DNA of 25,155 bases, taken from a virus. Its lineage: Duplodnaviria > Caudoviricetes. The stretch is taken from positions 1 to 25,155 of IMG/VR virus record IMGVR_UViG_3300013101_000085; one strand, written 5' to 3'. The position numbers and the translations under genes are program-made. Positions 8,729 through 17,182 of this stretch are shown here, one piece after another (positions within the stretch are counted from its first letter, which is position 1; the number at the start of each line of letters is the position of its first letter). The notes below the pieces were generated by a model. It searched no databases, was not told the origin of the DNA, and saw nothing but the letters and a program-made list of their open reading frames with translations.

Positions 8729-9769
8729 ATGAAATATGGACAAAAAGTTTTTTCAGATGTAGCAAATGGTGATAATTCATTACAAAACCAATTGGATTCT
8801 ATTAAACAACAGTTAGATCAATTTAATATTCAAATAGAAAGTATTCCCAATTCTACCTTAAGATCATCTGGTAACTGGAATATGAAAAGTCCAGCGATTC
8901 CATTCGAAACAATTTATGCTGCAAAATGGAATGATGAATTCCAAAATGTTATTAATAATTGCAATCCAGATGGAGTAGGAGGATCTTCAGAAGATGTTTC
9001 TAACATGCAAGCAACATTAAATCCATTTCCAGGGAGTAGTCCATATCTATCTAATTCATTGCGTCAAGAATTAGAAGAATTAAGATATCAACTCAATGTA
9101 ATTATAGGTAAATCATATTGGTATGAACTACCTTCTAAGAGCATCGAAGATCTTCAAGTAGAGATTGTAGATAATACTGTTGATGGTGCAAATTTACACG
9201 ATCATACTGGTATTGGTATTGATGGGGGAGGAGCATTAATTGGCACAGATGCATATGAAGATGGATCAATAACTAAAGAAAAACTTGCATTTAATATTAC
9301 TGGATCAGTTGTTAATTCTGTTTATATTCAAGATTCAAGCAAATTCAATGTTTCTGGTACCAATATTATTCCATTAGATGACACAATACCACAAAAAACA
9401 GAAGGGTTGCAATATATGCATTATGCATATACTCCTAAAAAAATTAATAATAAATTAATGATATCTTTTGTTTGTGGTGGAATGTCTACTTGGGGTGGAA
9501 ATGGAGATCTGATAATTGCAATTTTTTTTAATTCTGATGATAATGCATCTGCATCTAGCGCGTCTTTTATGCCACCATGGGAAAGCCATACTGAAGAATT
9601 TAGCATTAGACATGAACATACAATAACATCATTAGATGTTTTAAATATATATATTAGACTCGGAACAAATGTAGAGGTACCAACAGCTAATCCATTTATC
9701 ATCAATAATAATTTCAATGGAACTCAATCATCTAGTATGAAGATTGAAGAAGTTGAAATTGATGAATAA
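8729..9769 (+). CDS. Tail needle/short fibre-like protein (P22 gp26 position)
   Basis: N-terminal coiled coils (LQNQLDSIKQQLDQF; LRQELEELRYQL), HDHTG motif, DGSITKEKLA fibre repeat and a C-terminal beta domain starting IPLDDTIPQKTEG. Confidence 0.65.
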   Translation: MKYGQKVFSDVANGDNSLQNQLDSIKQQLDQFNIQIESIPNSTLRSSGNWNMKSPAIPFETIYAAKWNDEFQNVINNCNPDGVGGSSEDVSNMQATLNPFPGSSPYLSNSLRQELEELRYQLNVIIGKSYWYELPSKSIEDLQVEIVDNTVDGANLHDHTGIGIDGGGALIGTDAYEDGSITKEKLAFNITGSVVNSVYIQDSSKFNVSGTNIIPLDDTIPQKTEGLQYMHYAYTPKKINNKLMISFVCGGMSTWGGNGDLIIAIFFNSDDNASASSASFMPPWESHTEEFSIRHEHTITSLDVLNIYIRLGTNVEVPTANPFIINNNFNGTQSSSMKIEEVEIDE

Positions 9770-10209
9770 TGTTATATTTTATTCAAGCATGGCATAAACA
9801 ACATTTTGATTTTATTAAATATAGCTTAAAATATGAAGGATTAACAGACAATGAACTCTTTACTGATACAAGTGAACGAATTTTTTGGTTATGTATTAAT
9901 AAAAGCAAAAATACTATATATGGTTTTTTTGGCATCTCTTTAAAGGAATCAATATATCCTGTCTTAGAATATTTTTGGATAAAACAAGATGAAAGAAAAA
10001 AAATAAACAATACATTATTAAAAATGATAAGATTTCTTAAACAATTTTTACTTGATAATTATATTAATCATATCATTTTTGATGTAAAACATAGTGATAA
10101 ATTTCAATATTTATCTAAATTTGTTAGATGTATGACTAAAACATCACCATATAAAATTACAAAAAATAATAGTTATTTTCTTATTGGTGTTAAGGATATT
10201 AAAATATGA
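9769..10209 (+). CDS. GNAT-fold-like protein (P22 gp14 position)
   Basis: 146 aa between needle and first ejection gene. IYGFFGI...LEYFWIKQDERKK resembles a degenerate GNAT motif A. Confidence 0.5.
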   Translation: MLYFIQAWHKQHFDFIKYSLKYEGLTDNELFTDTSERIFWLCINKSKNTIYGFFGISLKESIYPVLEYFWIKQDERKKINNTLLKMIRFLKQFLLDNYINHIIFDVKHSDKFQYLSKFVRCMTKTSPYKITKNNSYFLIGVKDIKI

Positions 10210-11012
10210 AAATTTATAATAAAATAATTATTGATATGGTTACAGAAGAGACTATCTTTGAAGAATCATATGAATATCAAGGGCCTGTAGTGGAATGTAA
10301 AGGTGGAGGTGCTAGTGTTCCACCTCCCACCTCAGAAGAGATACAGATACAAAAAGAAATTCTTTCGCAATTACAAGACTCAAGATCTCTTCAAGACAAA
10401 TTTATGCCATTACTAATGGAAACTTCTGGATATAAATATGATGATGACAATAAATTAGTTAAAATGCCATATGAAGAATATTTAGAAACTCTTAATCCTG
10501 CAATGAAAATACAATATGAAAACTTAGAATTGATTCAAGATCAAGCCAACAGAGCTCTTAAAGGAGAATTACCCGTATCAGCAGCATTAGAAAAAGGAAT
10601 ATCTTCTCAACGTCAAGCATTAGATGATGATTTGAGCCGAAGGTTGGGGTCAAATTGGGCTCAAAGCAGCGCAGGAATACAAAGCAGCCAAGAATTCAAT
10701 AGAAACGCTGAAATGATGCGAGAACAAGCCAGAAATAATGCCATATCTCAATATGGTGGTCTTGGTCTCCAAGGGAATCAAATATATGGTCTTACTCCAA
10801 GCCAGTCGGCTCAACAAATTGGTGGAATCACTGGTTACTCTAGTTCTTTGATACCAACATACCAAGGAGCATTACAGCCGTATCAAAACCAAAGAAATTT
10901 ACAGACACAGGCTAACATGTCGAATGCTCAGAATGAATCTAGTATGATGGGTTCATTGTTCAGTGGAGTAGGGAATATTGCTGGTATGGGACTTGGATCT
11001 TTCTTAGGCTAA
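10206..11012 (+). CDS. DNA ejection/pilot protein (P22 gp7-like)
   Basis: Leader ending ..GPVVECKGGG, Q/S/G-rich body, and Gly-rich hydrophobic C-terminus (GSLFSGVGNIAGMGLGSFLG); gene order agrees. Confidence 0.7.
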   Translation: MKIYNKIIIDMVTEETIFEESYEYQGPVVECKGGGASVPPPTSEEIQIQKEILSQLQDSRSLQDKFMPLLMETSGYKYDDDNKLVKMPYEEYLETLNPAMKIQYENLELIQDQANRALKGELPVSAALEKGISSQRQALDDDLSRRLGSNWAQSSAGIQSSQEFNRNAEMMREQARNNAISQYGGLGLQGNQIYGLTPSQSAQQIGGITGYSSSLIPTYQGALQPYQNQRNLQTQANMSNAQNESSMMGSLFSGVGNIAGMGLGSFLG

Positions 11013-11025
11013 AAAGGATAATATA

Positions 11026-12390
11026 ATGTCAGGTTTAACTGGTATAGGACAAGGTGTACAAGGTTTTGCAAGTGGTCTTGAAAAAGGATTTGGAATAGCA
11101 CAACGAAAAAAAGAAAAGAAAATTCAATCTCAAATGATGCAATTGCAAGCTATTCAACAAGAACGTGAATTTCAACTTAAAGAACAAGAATCTATAAACA
11201 AACAAGAACAAGTACATTTTGATAATTCATTGACATTATTAGATAAATACTTGAAAGGTTTTAGACCTGTAGCCAATACAGCTGCTGGAACAACTTATAT
11301 GGAAAATATTTCTAGAATGCCATTTTTGGAAAATTCTCCACAAGCAATAAAAAGTTTTGCTGAATCACTTTCTACACAAACAGGTAACAATATTAAAACA
11401 ATAGGTGGTATTTTAGGAACTTATTTAAATTCTAAAAAAGATAATGATAAAAATGGTATGGCACAAGCATATTTTGAGGCATTGGCTATGTTTGGAGACG
11501 AACCACCAAATGGGATGCAAGAATTTTTTGATATTGCAAAACAAGAATTATTTCCAAAAGAAACAAAACAGACTCAATCTAATCTTGGTAAATTAATTGC
11601 AGAACAAAAACAATATGATTCTGAATCAAAAGAATATGAACTATACGATTTAGCAAAAGATAAGGCAGCTAGTTCTTCTGGAACAAATATTAATATAGAT
11701 ATGGGTAAAAGCACTAAAAATCATCTACAAAAAAATCTTATGAACATTAAAAATAGTTTATCTGGTTTGAAAGAAACTAAAAAGCAATTAACTCCATCTG
11801 TTACACAATTTTTATCTGGTCCAGGGCAATTAAAAAGTGCAACTATATCCTTAAAAAGAAAACTTGGAATAAAAAGCAATGATACTGATGAACAAGCTTA
11901 TGATAAATATCTTGGGTTGGTGTCAACATATATGCAAACAATTGGAGATGAAGTTCATAGATTATATGGAAGCGCTTTGACTCCTACAGAAGTCAAGAGG
12001 GTAACAGCAATGTTCCCCAACATCAATACAGAAATGGGATGGAAAAGATTCTTACAATCGGATGATGGAAGAACATTTGTTGCTAAACTAGATGCTACTA
12101 TCAACAATATGACATTAATATCTGATAGATATACATATGCATTGAAAAATGGTAGTATTATGTTTGATGATGAAGGTCAACCAATTGCCTTTTTAGATCA
12201 AGAAGAGAATCCAATTACTCTAGAGAATATGAAAGAAATAAATGAATCTAAAACTCAAAATAATCAAAATAACAAAAATTATCAAATAGCTAGAAATGAG
12301 TTTGCTAGATTAAACCCAAATTTAAATGAAGAAGAAATTGATCAGATTACCAATCAATTCTTTCAACAAGAACAATCTGGAAATCTATAA
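11026..12390 (+). CDS. Internal virion/ejection protein (P22 gp20 position)
   Basis: Gly-rich amphipathic N-terminus (GLTGIGQGVQGFASGLEKGFG), Q/E/K coiled coil, GTNINIDMG motif; AAGGA SD; gene order agrees. Confidence 0.65.
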   Translation: MSGLTGIGQGVQGFASGLEKGFGIAQRKKEKKIQSQMMQLQAIQQEREFQLKEQESINKQEQVHFDNSLTLLDKYLKGFRPVANTAAGTTYMENISRMPFLENSPQAIKSFAESLSTQTGNNIKTIGGILGTYLNSKKDNDKNGMAQAYFEALAMFGDEPPNGMQEFFDIAKQELFPKETKQTQSNLGKLIAEQKQYDSESKEYELYDLAKDKAASSSGTNINIDMGKSTKNHLQKNLMNIKNSLSGLKETKKQLTPSVTQFLSGPGQLKSATISLKRKLGIKSNDTDEQAYDKYLGLVSTYMQTIGDEVHRLYGSALTPTEVKRVTAMFPNINTEMGWKRFLQSDDGRTFVAKLDATINNMTLISDRYTYALKNGSIMFDDEGQPIAFLDQEENPITLENMKEINESKTQNNQNNKNYQIARNEFARLNPNLNEEEIDQITNQFFQQEQSGNL

Positions 12391-14588
12391 TGGATAAAGA
12401 ATTATTAAATAAAGTACAAACTTTCAATCAAGATTATCTGTCTCCTGTAGAAGACGATTCTTTATTAAATCGTGTCCAACAATTTTCTAAAAAAAATCAC
12501 GATGTTGGGATGTTTGGTGTTTCTGGCATTTCTGAATCTCTGGTGGGAGAAGAAAATAAGAATGATTATCCAAGTCAATTACAAGAGCTTGAAATATCAA
12601 ATCCTTTAAGAGTAACATCTCCAATTGCTATTGGATTAGCTAATATGGTGTATGATCCTAATAAAAAAATAGAAATTTTTGCAAAATATCGAGATTTATC
12701 ACCAGATGATTATGCTATTCAAAATGGAGAGATAGTCTTTAGAGATAAAGATGGCAAATTGTATTCAGAAGAAAGTTCTGGGGTTGTAAATTTTTTACGT
12801 AGAGAGGGAAATAAAATAGCGCTTGATCCTACAACATATGTTACAGGTGGAGCTGGTATGTTAGCAAGAAAAGCAACTCAAAAAGCAGTGGGAATTGGTG
12901 CTAAATTAGCAGTTCCTGCCACTGAAGCACTTGGAGCATATTTGGGTGAAACAGCTAAACAGCAATATGCTAAATATGAGTTGGGAGAAGATAGACCTAT
13001 GTCTCAAGATGCATGGGATGCTGGAACAGTAGCTGGACTTGGATTAGTTGGAGAAGGAGTTGGTAGAGCTTTAAAGTGGGGAAGTAAAAAAACTTTAGAT
13101 TTTCTCAATATTCCCACTCCTGGTAGTAAAAACTCAAGAATTAATAGTATCTTGGATAAAATGAATGTTTTTGATAAAAAAAATATCAAAAAAATATCTG
13201 ATATAGAGTTTCAATCTAACAGATTCGGTATTCCATTAAACATAGCTGAAAAATTAGAAAACATTGAAGCCATAAGTACTATTAAAAATTTAAATTCTAG
13301 AGAAACAAGAAAGATTTATGAACAAAGAGTAGATAATCTCATGGAAAAGGTTCCAAGATTTGTAACAAATTTACTTCCAAAATCAACAAAAAATCCTAAT
13401 TTTTCAGCAAAAATATATGTAAATCAAGAATTAGAAGGATTATCAAAAGAAGCTGCAAAGTTGATTAGACCATTTTATGAATTAGCATTTGAAAAATCAC
13501 CCACCATAAATACCAAAAAAATAGTTAATCAAATAACAGAAAAGATAGATAGACAAAATATTACAGTGGCAGAAGCATCTGCCTTAAAAAAAATTACAAG
13601 AGATTTGATAAAAGTTAAAAGTGTTAAAGGGGAGAATGTATATAGTTACGATATTCCGATTAAAAAAATAGATAAAATCAAAAAACAAATTGATGAAGGT
13701 ATTTATAGTCAAAAATTAGAAAATATGTCTTCATTTAAAAAGGTTATCAACAAAGAATTAGACACTCTAAAAAAAGATATATTATCTGAGGCTGATAAAA
13801 TATCACCTGAATATAAGCATGCTCGAGAAATAGCTTCTTTAATATTTGAGGGAAGTTCAAGATTAGGAAAAACATCTTCCACAGAAGCTAAAAAATATGC
13901 TCAATTAGGCGATCAATTAAAGAACAAAAAAAATCTTTTAATGAATACATCTAAAATTCCTGATGAAGATATTAGAAATATTGGAAGTTATGTTTTATCT
14001 ACAAAAAATAGCGATCCTACAATTGCTAATGCAGTAAAGAATGCTATCTATACAAGAGAAAATGGTAAAGAAATATGGAAGAGTATTGTAGGGGATCATA
14101 TTTTATATCAATTTGGAAATATCCCTACAACAGGAAAAATGAATCCAGATATTGGTGGAGAGATGTGGAAATCAATCTTTGGAAGTAAAGCAAAATCAGA
14201 TGTTATGAAAGTTGCTCTAAGACCAGATCAATATCATGATTTTTATACATTTTTTAATTTGATTCGTAAAACAGGTTTAGCTATTCCACCTCAAAAAGGT
14301 GTTAGCAATACTGATATTAAATCTAAATTCATTTCTCCTGCTTTGAGATCATTGAAGCCATTTATATCAAAAGAAACTATTTTGGCAGATGCTATCCAAT
14401 CTATCGTTACTAAAAAAGGAGTTAAGCAATTTGTGGATATACTTTGGGACCCAAATATAGGTTCTAAATTAGCTGCAATGTCTGCTGAATATGAAAGTAA
14501 TAAAAATAAAGAACTTTTAATAAATCAACTTATAGCTACTCTTGGTTTTAGCGCTGCACAGGTAATCAGTAATAATATAAATCAATAA
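12390..14588 (+). CDS. Large internal virion/ejection protein (P22 gp16 position)
   Basis: 732 aa, helical and Lys-rich, with Gly/Ala hydrophobic segments (VTGGAGMLA..AVGIGAKLAVPA; GTVAGLGLVGEGVG). Last gene of the + arm. Confidence 0.6.
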   Translation: MDKELLNKVQTFNQDYLSPVEDDSLLNRVQQFSKKNHDVGMFGVSGISESLVGEENKNDYPSQLQELEISNPLRVTSPIAIGLANMVYDPNKKIEIFAKYRDLSPDDYAIQNGEIVFRDKDGKLYSEESSGVVNFLRREGNKIALDPTTYVTGGAGMLARKATQKAVGIGAKLAVPATEALGAYLGETAKQQYAKYELGEDRPMSQDAWDAGTVAGLGLVGEGVGRALKWGSKKTLDFLNIPTPGSKNSRINSILDKMNVFDKKNIKKISDIEFQSNRFGIPLNIAEKLENIEAISTIKNLNSRETRKIYEQRVDNLMEKVPRFVTNLLPKSTKNPNFSAKIYVNQELEGLSKEAAKLIRPFYELAFEKSPTINTKKIVNQITEKIDRQNITVAEASALKKITRDLIKVKSVKGENVYSYDIPIKKIDKIKKQIDEGIYSQKLENMSSFKKVINKELDTLKKDILSEADKISPEYKHAREIASLIFEGSSRLGKTSSTEAKKYAQLGDQLKNKKNLLMNTSKIPDEDIRNIGSYVLSTKNSDPTIANAVKNAIYTRENGKEIWKSIVGDHILYQFGNIPTTGKMNPDIGGEMWKSIFGSKAKSDVMKVALRPDQYHDFYTFFNLIRKTGLAIPPQKGVSNTDIKSKFISPALRSLKPFISKETILADAIQSIVTKKGVKQFVDILWDPNIGSKLAAMSAEYESNKNKELLINQLIATLGFSAAQVISNNINQ

Positions 14589-16624
14589 TTCAATCGAGTA
14601 ATATCTCTTACGATTACAGTTATATCATCACTAACGACTTCAAACCATATCTGATATCCACCTAAACCAGATCCAAATGGAGCAGCCAAACTGTTTATAT
14701 CAGAATAAGTAGAAATATCTACAGTGAGGAAGGTTTGTTCTGTTTCTCCATCAGGAAGAGTAAGTAGAAGCCTTCTGGTGAATCCAGACAAGGGATTAAT
14801 TAACTTAACATATAATCCAGCATTTCTATTTGAAAGCTTTCCATTATAATCAAAAGATATTCTCCAATATTGCGGTTGTCCTAAAACTGGATTTTCTAAG
14901 AAAACACCATTATAACCTCCAACATCAGCGTATATAGATGAAATATCTTTAATTGGAGCTGTTTCTGGGAAAAAAGTTTGCGAGTCTAAAAGAGGATTTG
15001 AATAAATTAGTTGTTGATCAGTGCCAACAACTAAATTATATGTTGGTTCACTCGTATCAACATTAGAAACTATTTTAACACTCCCCATGCTATCAGTACT
15101 TGAAACTTTTTGATTGGGTTTAAAACCTAGAGTGTGATTTATATTATAAGATGGATAGTTTGTGCCACCGCTATTTGTTCCATTGCCCATCCTTAATGTA
15201 GCATCATTAAAATCATATATATAAATATCTAATCCAGGCAATGGAGAATCAAATTCAATAAAAAATAAAAATATATTATTTGTATTTTGTGCACACGACA
15301 AAATATTAATCAATACAGGATCATCCGATCTTGTATTTCCCCTAATTGATATGATTGGAGCATTTGATACTTGATCATAATAACAATCTGCTGGAACCAA
15401 TATTGATACTTCATATAATTCTTCATAATTTTCTCCATCCATAGATGTTTTCATCATGAAATGATAATATCCAAACTCAGTTCTAGTATTACTTATTCCT
15501 GGACAAAATGAATAATAATATTTACTTGTCTGTGTAGATGTATAAACAAGTCTAAAATCAGTATTGGTATTTGATAATGATGTCCATTGATCTTCTGATA
15601 TTACTGTTGTGTTTATTTTTTTAATTTGATCTACTTCAGATGTAGTTATATTATCAATACCATTAGTTAAAACATCCTGCTTTGTTAGTAGTGAAGTATC
15701 TACATAATTTTTTGTAGCTGCATCTTGAAGCCATTGAGGATCAGTAACATTATTGATATAATGGTCACTCATATTCAATGATTCAGACTGTACACCTAAA
15801 GAAGTAATACTTTGCTGTAGTTTGATGAAGGTGACGCGAGCCTTGCTGTTAGAATTATCACTATCTTCTATCAAAAAATTGTCAATTATATCTATAATTC
15901 CACTTTTCAAAGGTAATGGTCCAAATTCATCTAAAACATTTTTATGAAATGCTTCTGGATCATTAGACCCAGAGTTATCAACATAATTTTTTGTTGCTAC
16001 TTCTTGAGCTTGAGTAGGATCAGCAACATCTACAATTGCATTTCCTCCCATATCAATAGATGCGGTTTGTACTCCAACGGTAGTGTCAGACCCTTGTGTG
16101 TGCTTGAGAGTTACAGCATCCTCTATATCTGCTCCTGAAGATGTAATATCTGCCATTGAATTTACATTTAGAGTATTTAAAACCGTTGTGACATTGGTTG
16201 CATTGGTTACATCTGCTCCATCTTCAATACCAGTCAATTTGGTGCGTTCTGTATCAAGATATTTTTTATAGATAACACCATCTGTTAATTCTTCAATTGG
16301 TATGCTTGAAATATCAATATGCTTTTTTGCAAAGTTATCTTCTGAATCCTCTATTAATAGATGGTCTAATCCATTTAATGTAGTTTTTTCTGGTATTTCA
16401 CCAAATTGTTGACCAACGTCCAAAGAAAGAGTTACAGGGTTGGCATTTAATAGATTAGTTAGACTTACTTTACGTTTCAGAAAACCAACTCGTGGATCTT
16501 CTATAATCATCCATGAAGAATTATCCAATGGGATAGATGCTTCATCTAAGATACTAATTTCATTTGATCTGTGCAAATGCACAGCATCTTCATCAAAACT
16601 TCCACCATTTACTATTTCTATCAT
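14582..16624 (-). CDS. Tail fibre/adhesin-like protein (680 aa), paralogue of the 1751-aa protein
   Basis: ER.KL.GIE..ADVT fibre motif, two YadA-neck-like motifs (IVDVADPTQAQEVATKNYVD; INNVTDPQWLQDAATKNYVD), three LIED..KK repeats and a beta-rich C-terminal domain. Confidence 0.75.
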   Translation of the reverse strand: MIEIVNGGSFDEDAVHLHRSNEISILDEASIPLDNSSWMIIEDPRVGFLKRKVSLTNLLNANPVTLSLDVGQQFGEIPEKTTLNGLDHLLIEDSEDNFAKKHIDISSIPIEELTDGVIYKKYLDTERTKLTGIEDGADVTNATNVTTVLNTLNVNSMADITSSGADIEDAVTLKHTQGSDTTVGVQTASIDMGGNAIVDVADPTQAQEVATKNYVDNSGSNDPEAFHKNVLDEFGPLPLKSGIIDIIDNFLIEDSDNSNSKARVTFIKLQQSITSLGVQSESLNMSDHYINNVTDPQWLQDAATKNYVDTSLLTKQDVLTNGIDNITTSEVDQIKKINTTVISEDQWTSLSNTNTDFRLVYTSTQTSKYYYSFCPGISNTRTEFGYYHFMMKTSMDGENYEELYEVSILVPADCYYDQVSNAPIISIRGNTRSDDPVLINILSCAQNTNNIFLFFIEFDSPLPGLDIYIYDFNDATLRMGNGTNSGGTNYPSYNINHTLGFKPNQKVSSTDSMGSVKIVSNVDTSEPTYNLVVGTDQQLIYSNPLLDSQTFFPETAPIKDISSIYADVGGYNGVFLENPVLGQPQYWRISFDYNGKLSNRNAGLYVKLINPLSGFTRRLLLTLPDGETEQTFLTVDISTYSDINSLAAPFGSGLGGYQIWFEVVSDDITVIVRDITRLNY

Positions 16625-16651
16625 AATTTTATCTTTATATTTTTTATGTTA
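16598..16651. repeat. 54-bp perfect direct repeat, copy 1
   Basis: acttccaccatttactatttctatcataattttatctttatattttttatgtta is identical at 17118..17171 (offset 520). It covers the upstream region plus the MIEIVNGGS codons. Confidence 0.97.
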
Positions 16652-17144
16652 TTGGTTGTGATTCATGTACTACTTTTAAAACATCTACTGTTCTATACAT
16701 CGCTCCATTTGATAATCCCCCAGCTATTGCAGATGTGTTATCTGCAAATTCTGGAATTGGAAATGTACCACCACCAATAAATGGAGTACCAACGGTTGCA
16801 TTGGAACTAATTATAATCCAATTCGACACTCCATCACTCATTAATCTTTGAGTAGTATGGGTATTCCAAATTGCATATGTCATTTGAGTGTCATCAATTG
16901 ATTGTCCAACAAATGCATTCATTCCCACCCAATTCTTGTCGCTACTTCCTTTTGTTTTTATATAAATACTTTTACCAGCATTTTCTGATTTGATTTGGGG
17001 CATACTACCAAAATCATATAAATCTGTACTCATATCAATAATATATAAACACCCGAATGCATCAGCTGGTAAATCTAAACTATCAGATGTTGCATTTAAA
17101 TGCCGAATAGTTAAATCACTTCCACCATTTACTATTTCTATCAT
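16644..17144 (-). CDS. Stand-alone fibre tip domain (166 aa)
   Basis: First 9 aa are identical to the 680-aa gene. The rest aligns with the C-terminal ~155 aa of the 1751-aa protein (MP.I.SENAG, MSDGVSNWI..SSN..VGTPF, F.DN.SA..GGLS.G..YRTVDVLKVVH). Confidence 0.8.
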   Translation of the reverse strand: MIEIVNGGSDLTIRHLNATSDSLDLPADAFGCLYIIDMSTDLYDFGSMPQIKSENAGKSIYIKTKGSSDKNWVGMNAFVGQSIDDTQMTYAIWNTHTTQRLMSDGVSNWIIISSNATVGTPFIGGGTFPIPEFADNTSAIAGGLSNGAMYRTVDVLKVVHESQPIT

Positions 17145-17171
17145 AATTTTATCTTTATATTTTTTATGTTA
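17118..17171. repeat. 54-bp perfect direct repeat, copy 2
   Basis: Identical to 16598..16651. Confidence 0.97.
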
Positions 17172-17182
17172 ATTGTTTATAG

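Noticed and set aside
16598-17171. CRISPR array or shufflon
   Set aside because: Only two 54-bp copies, in direct orientation, 520 bp apart and overlapping gene starts; no cas or invertase gene.
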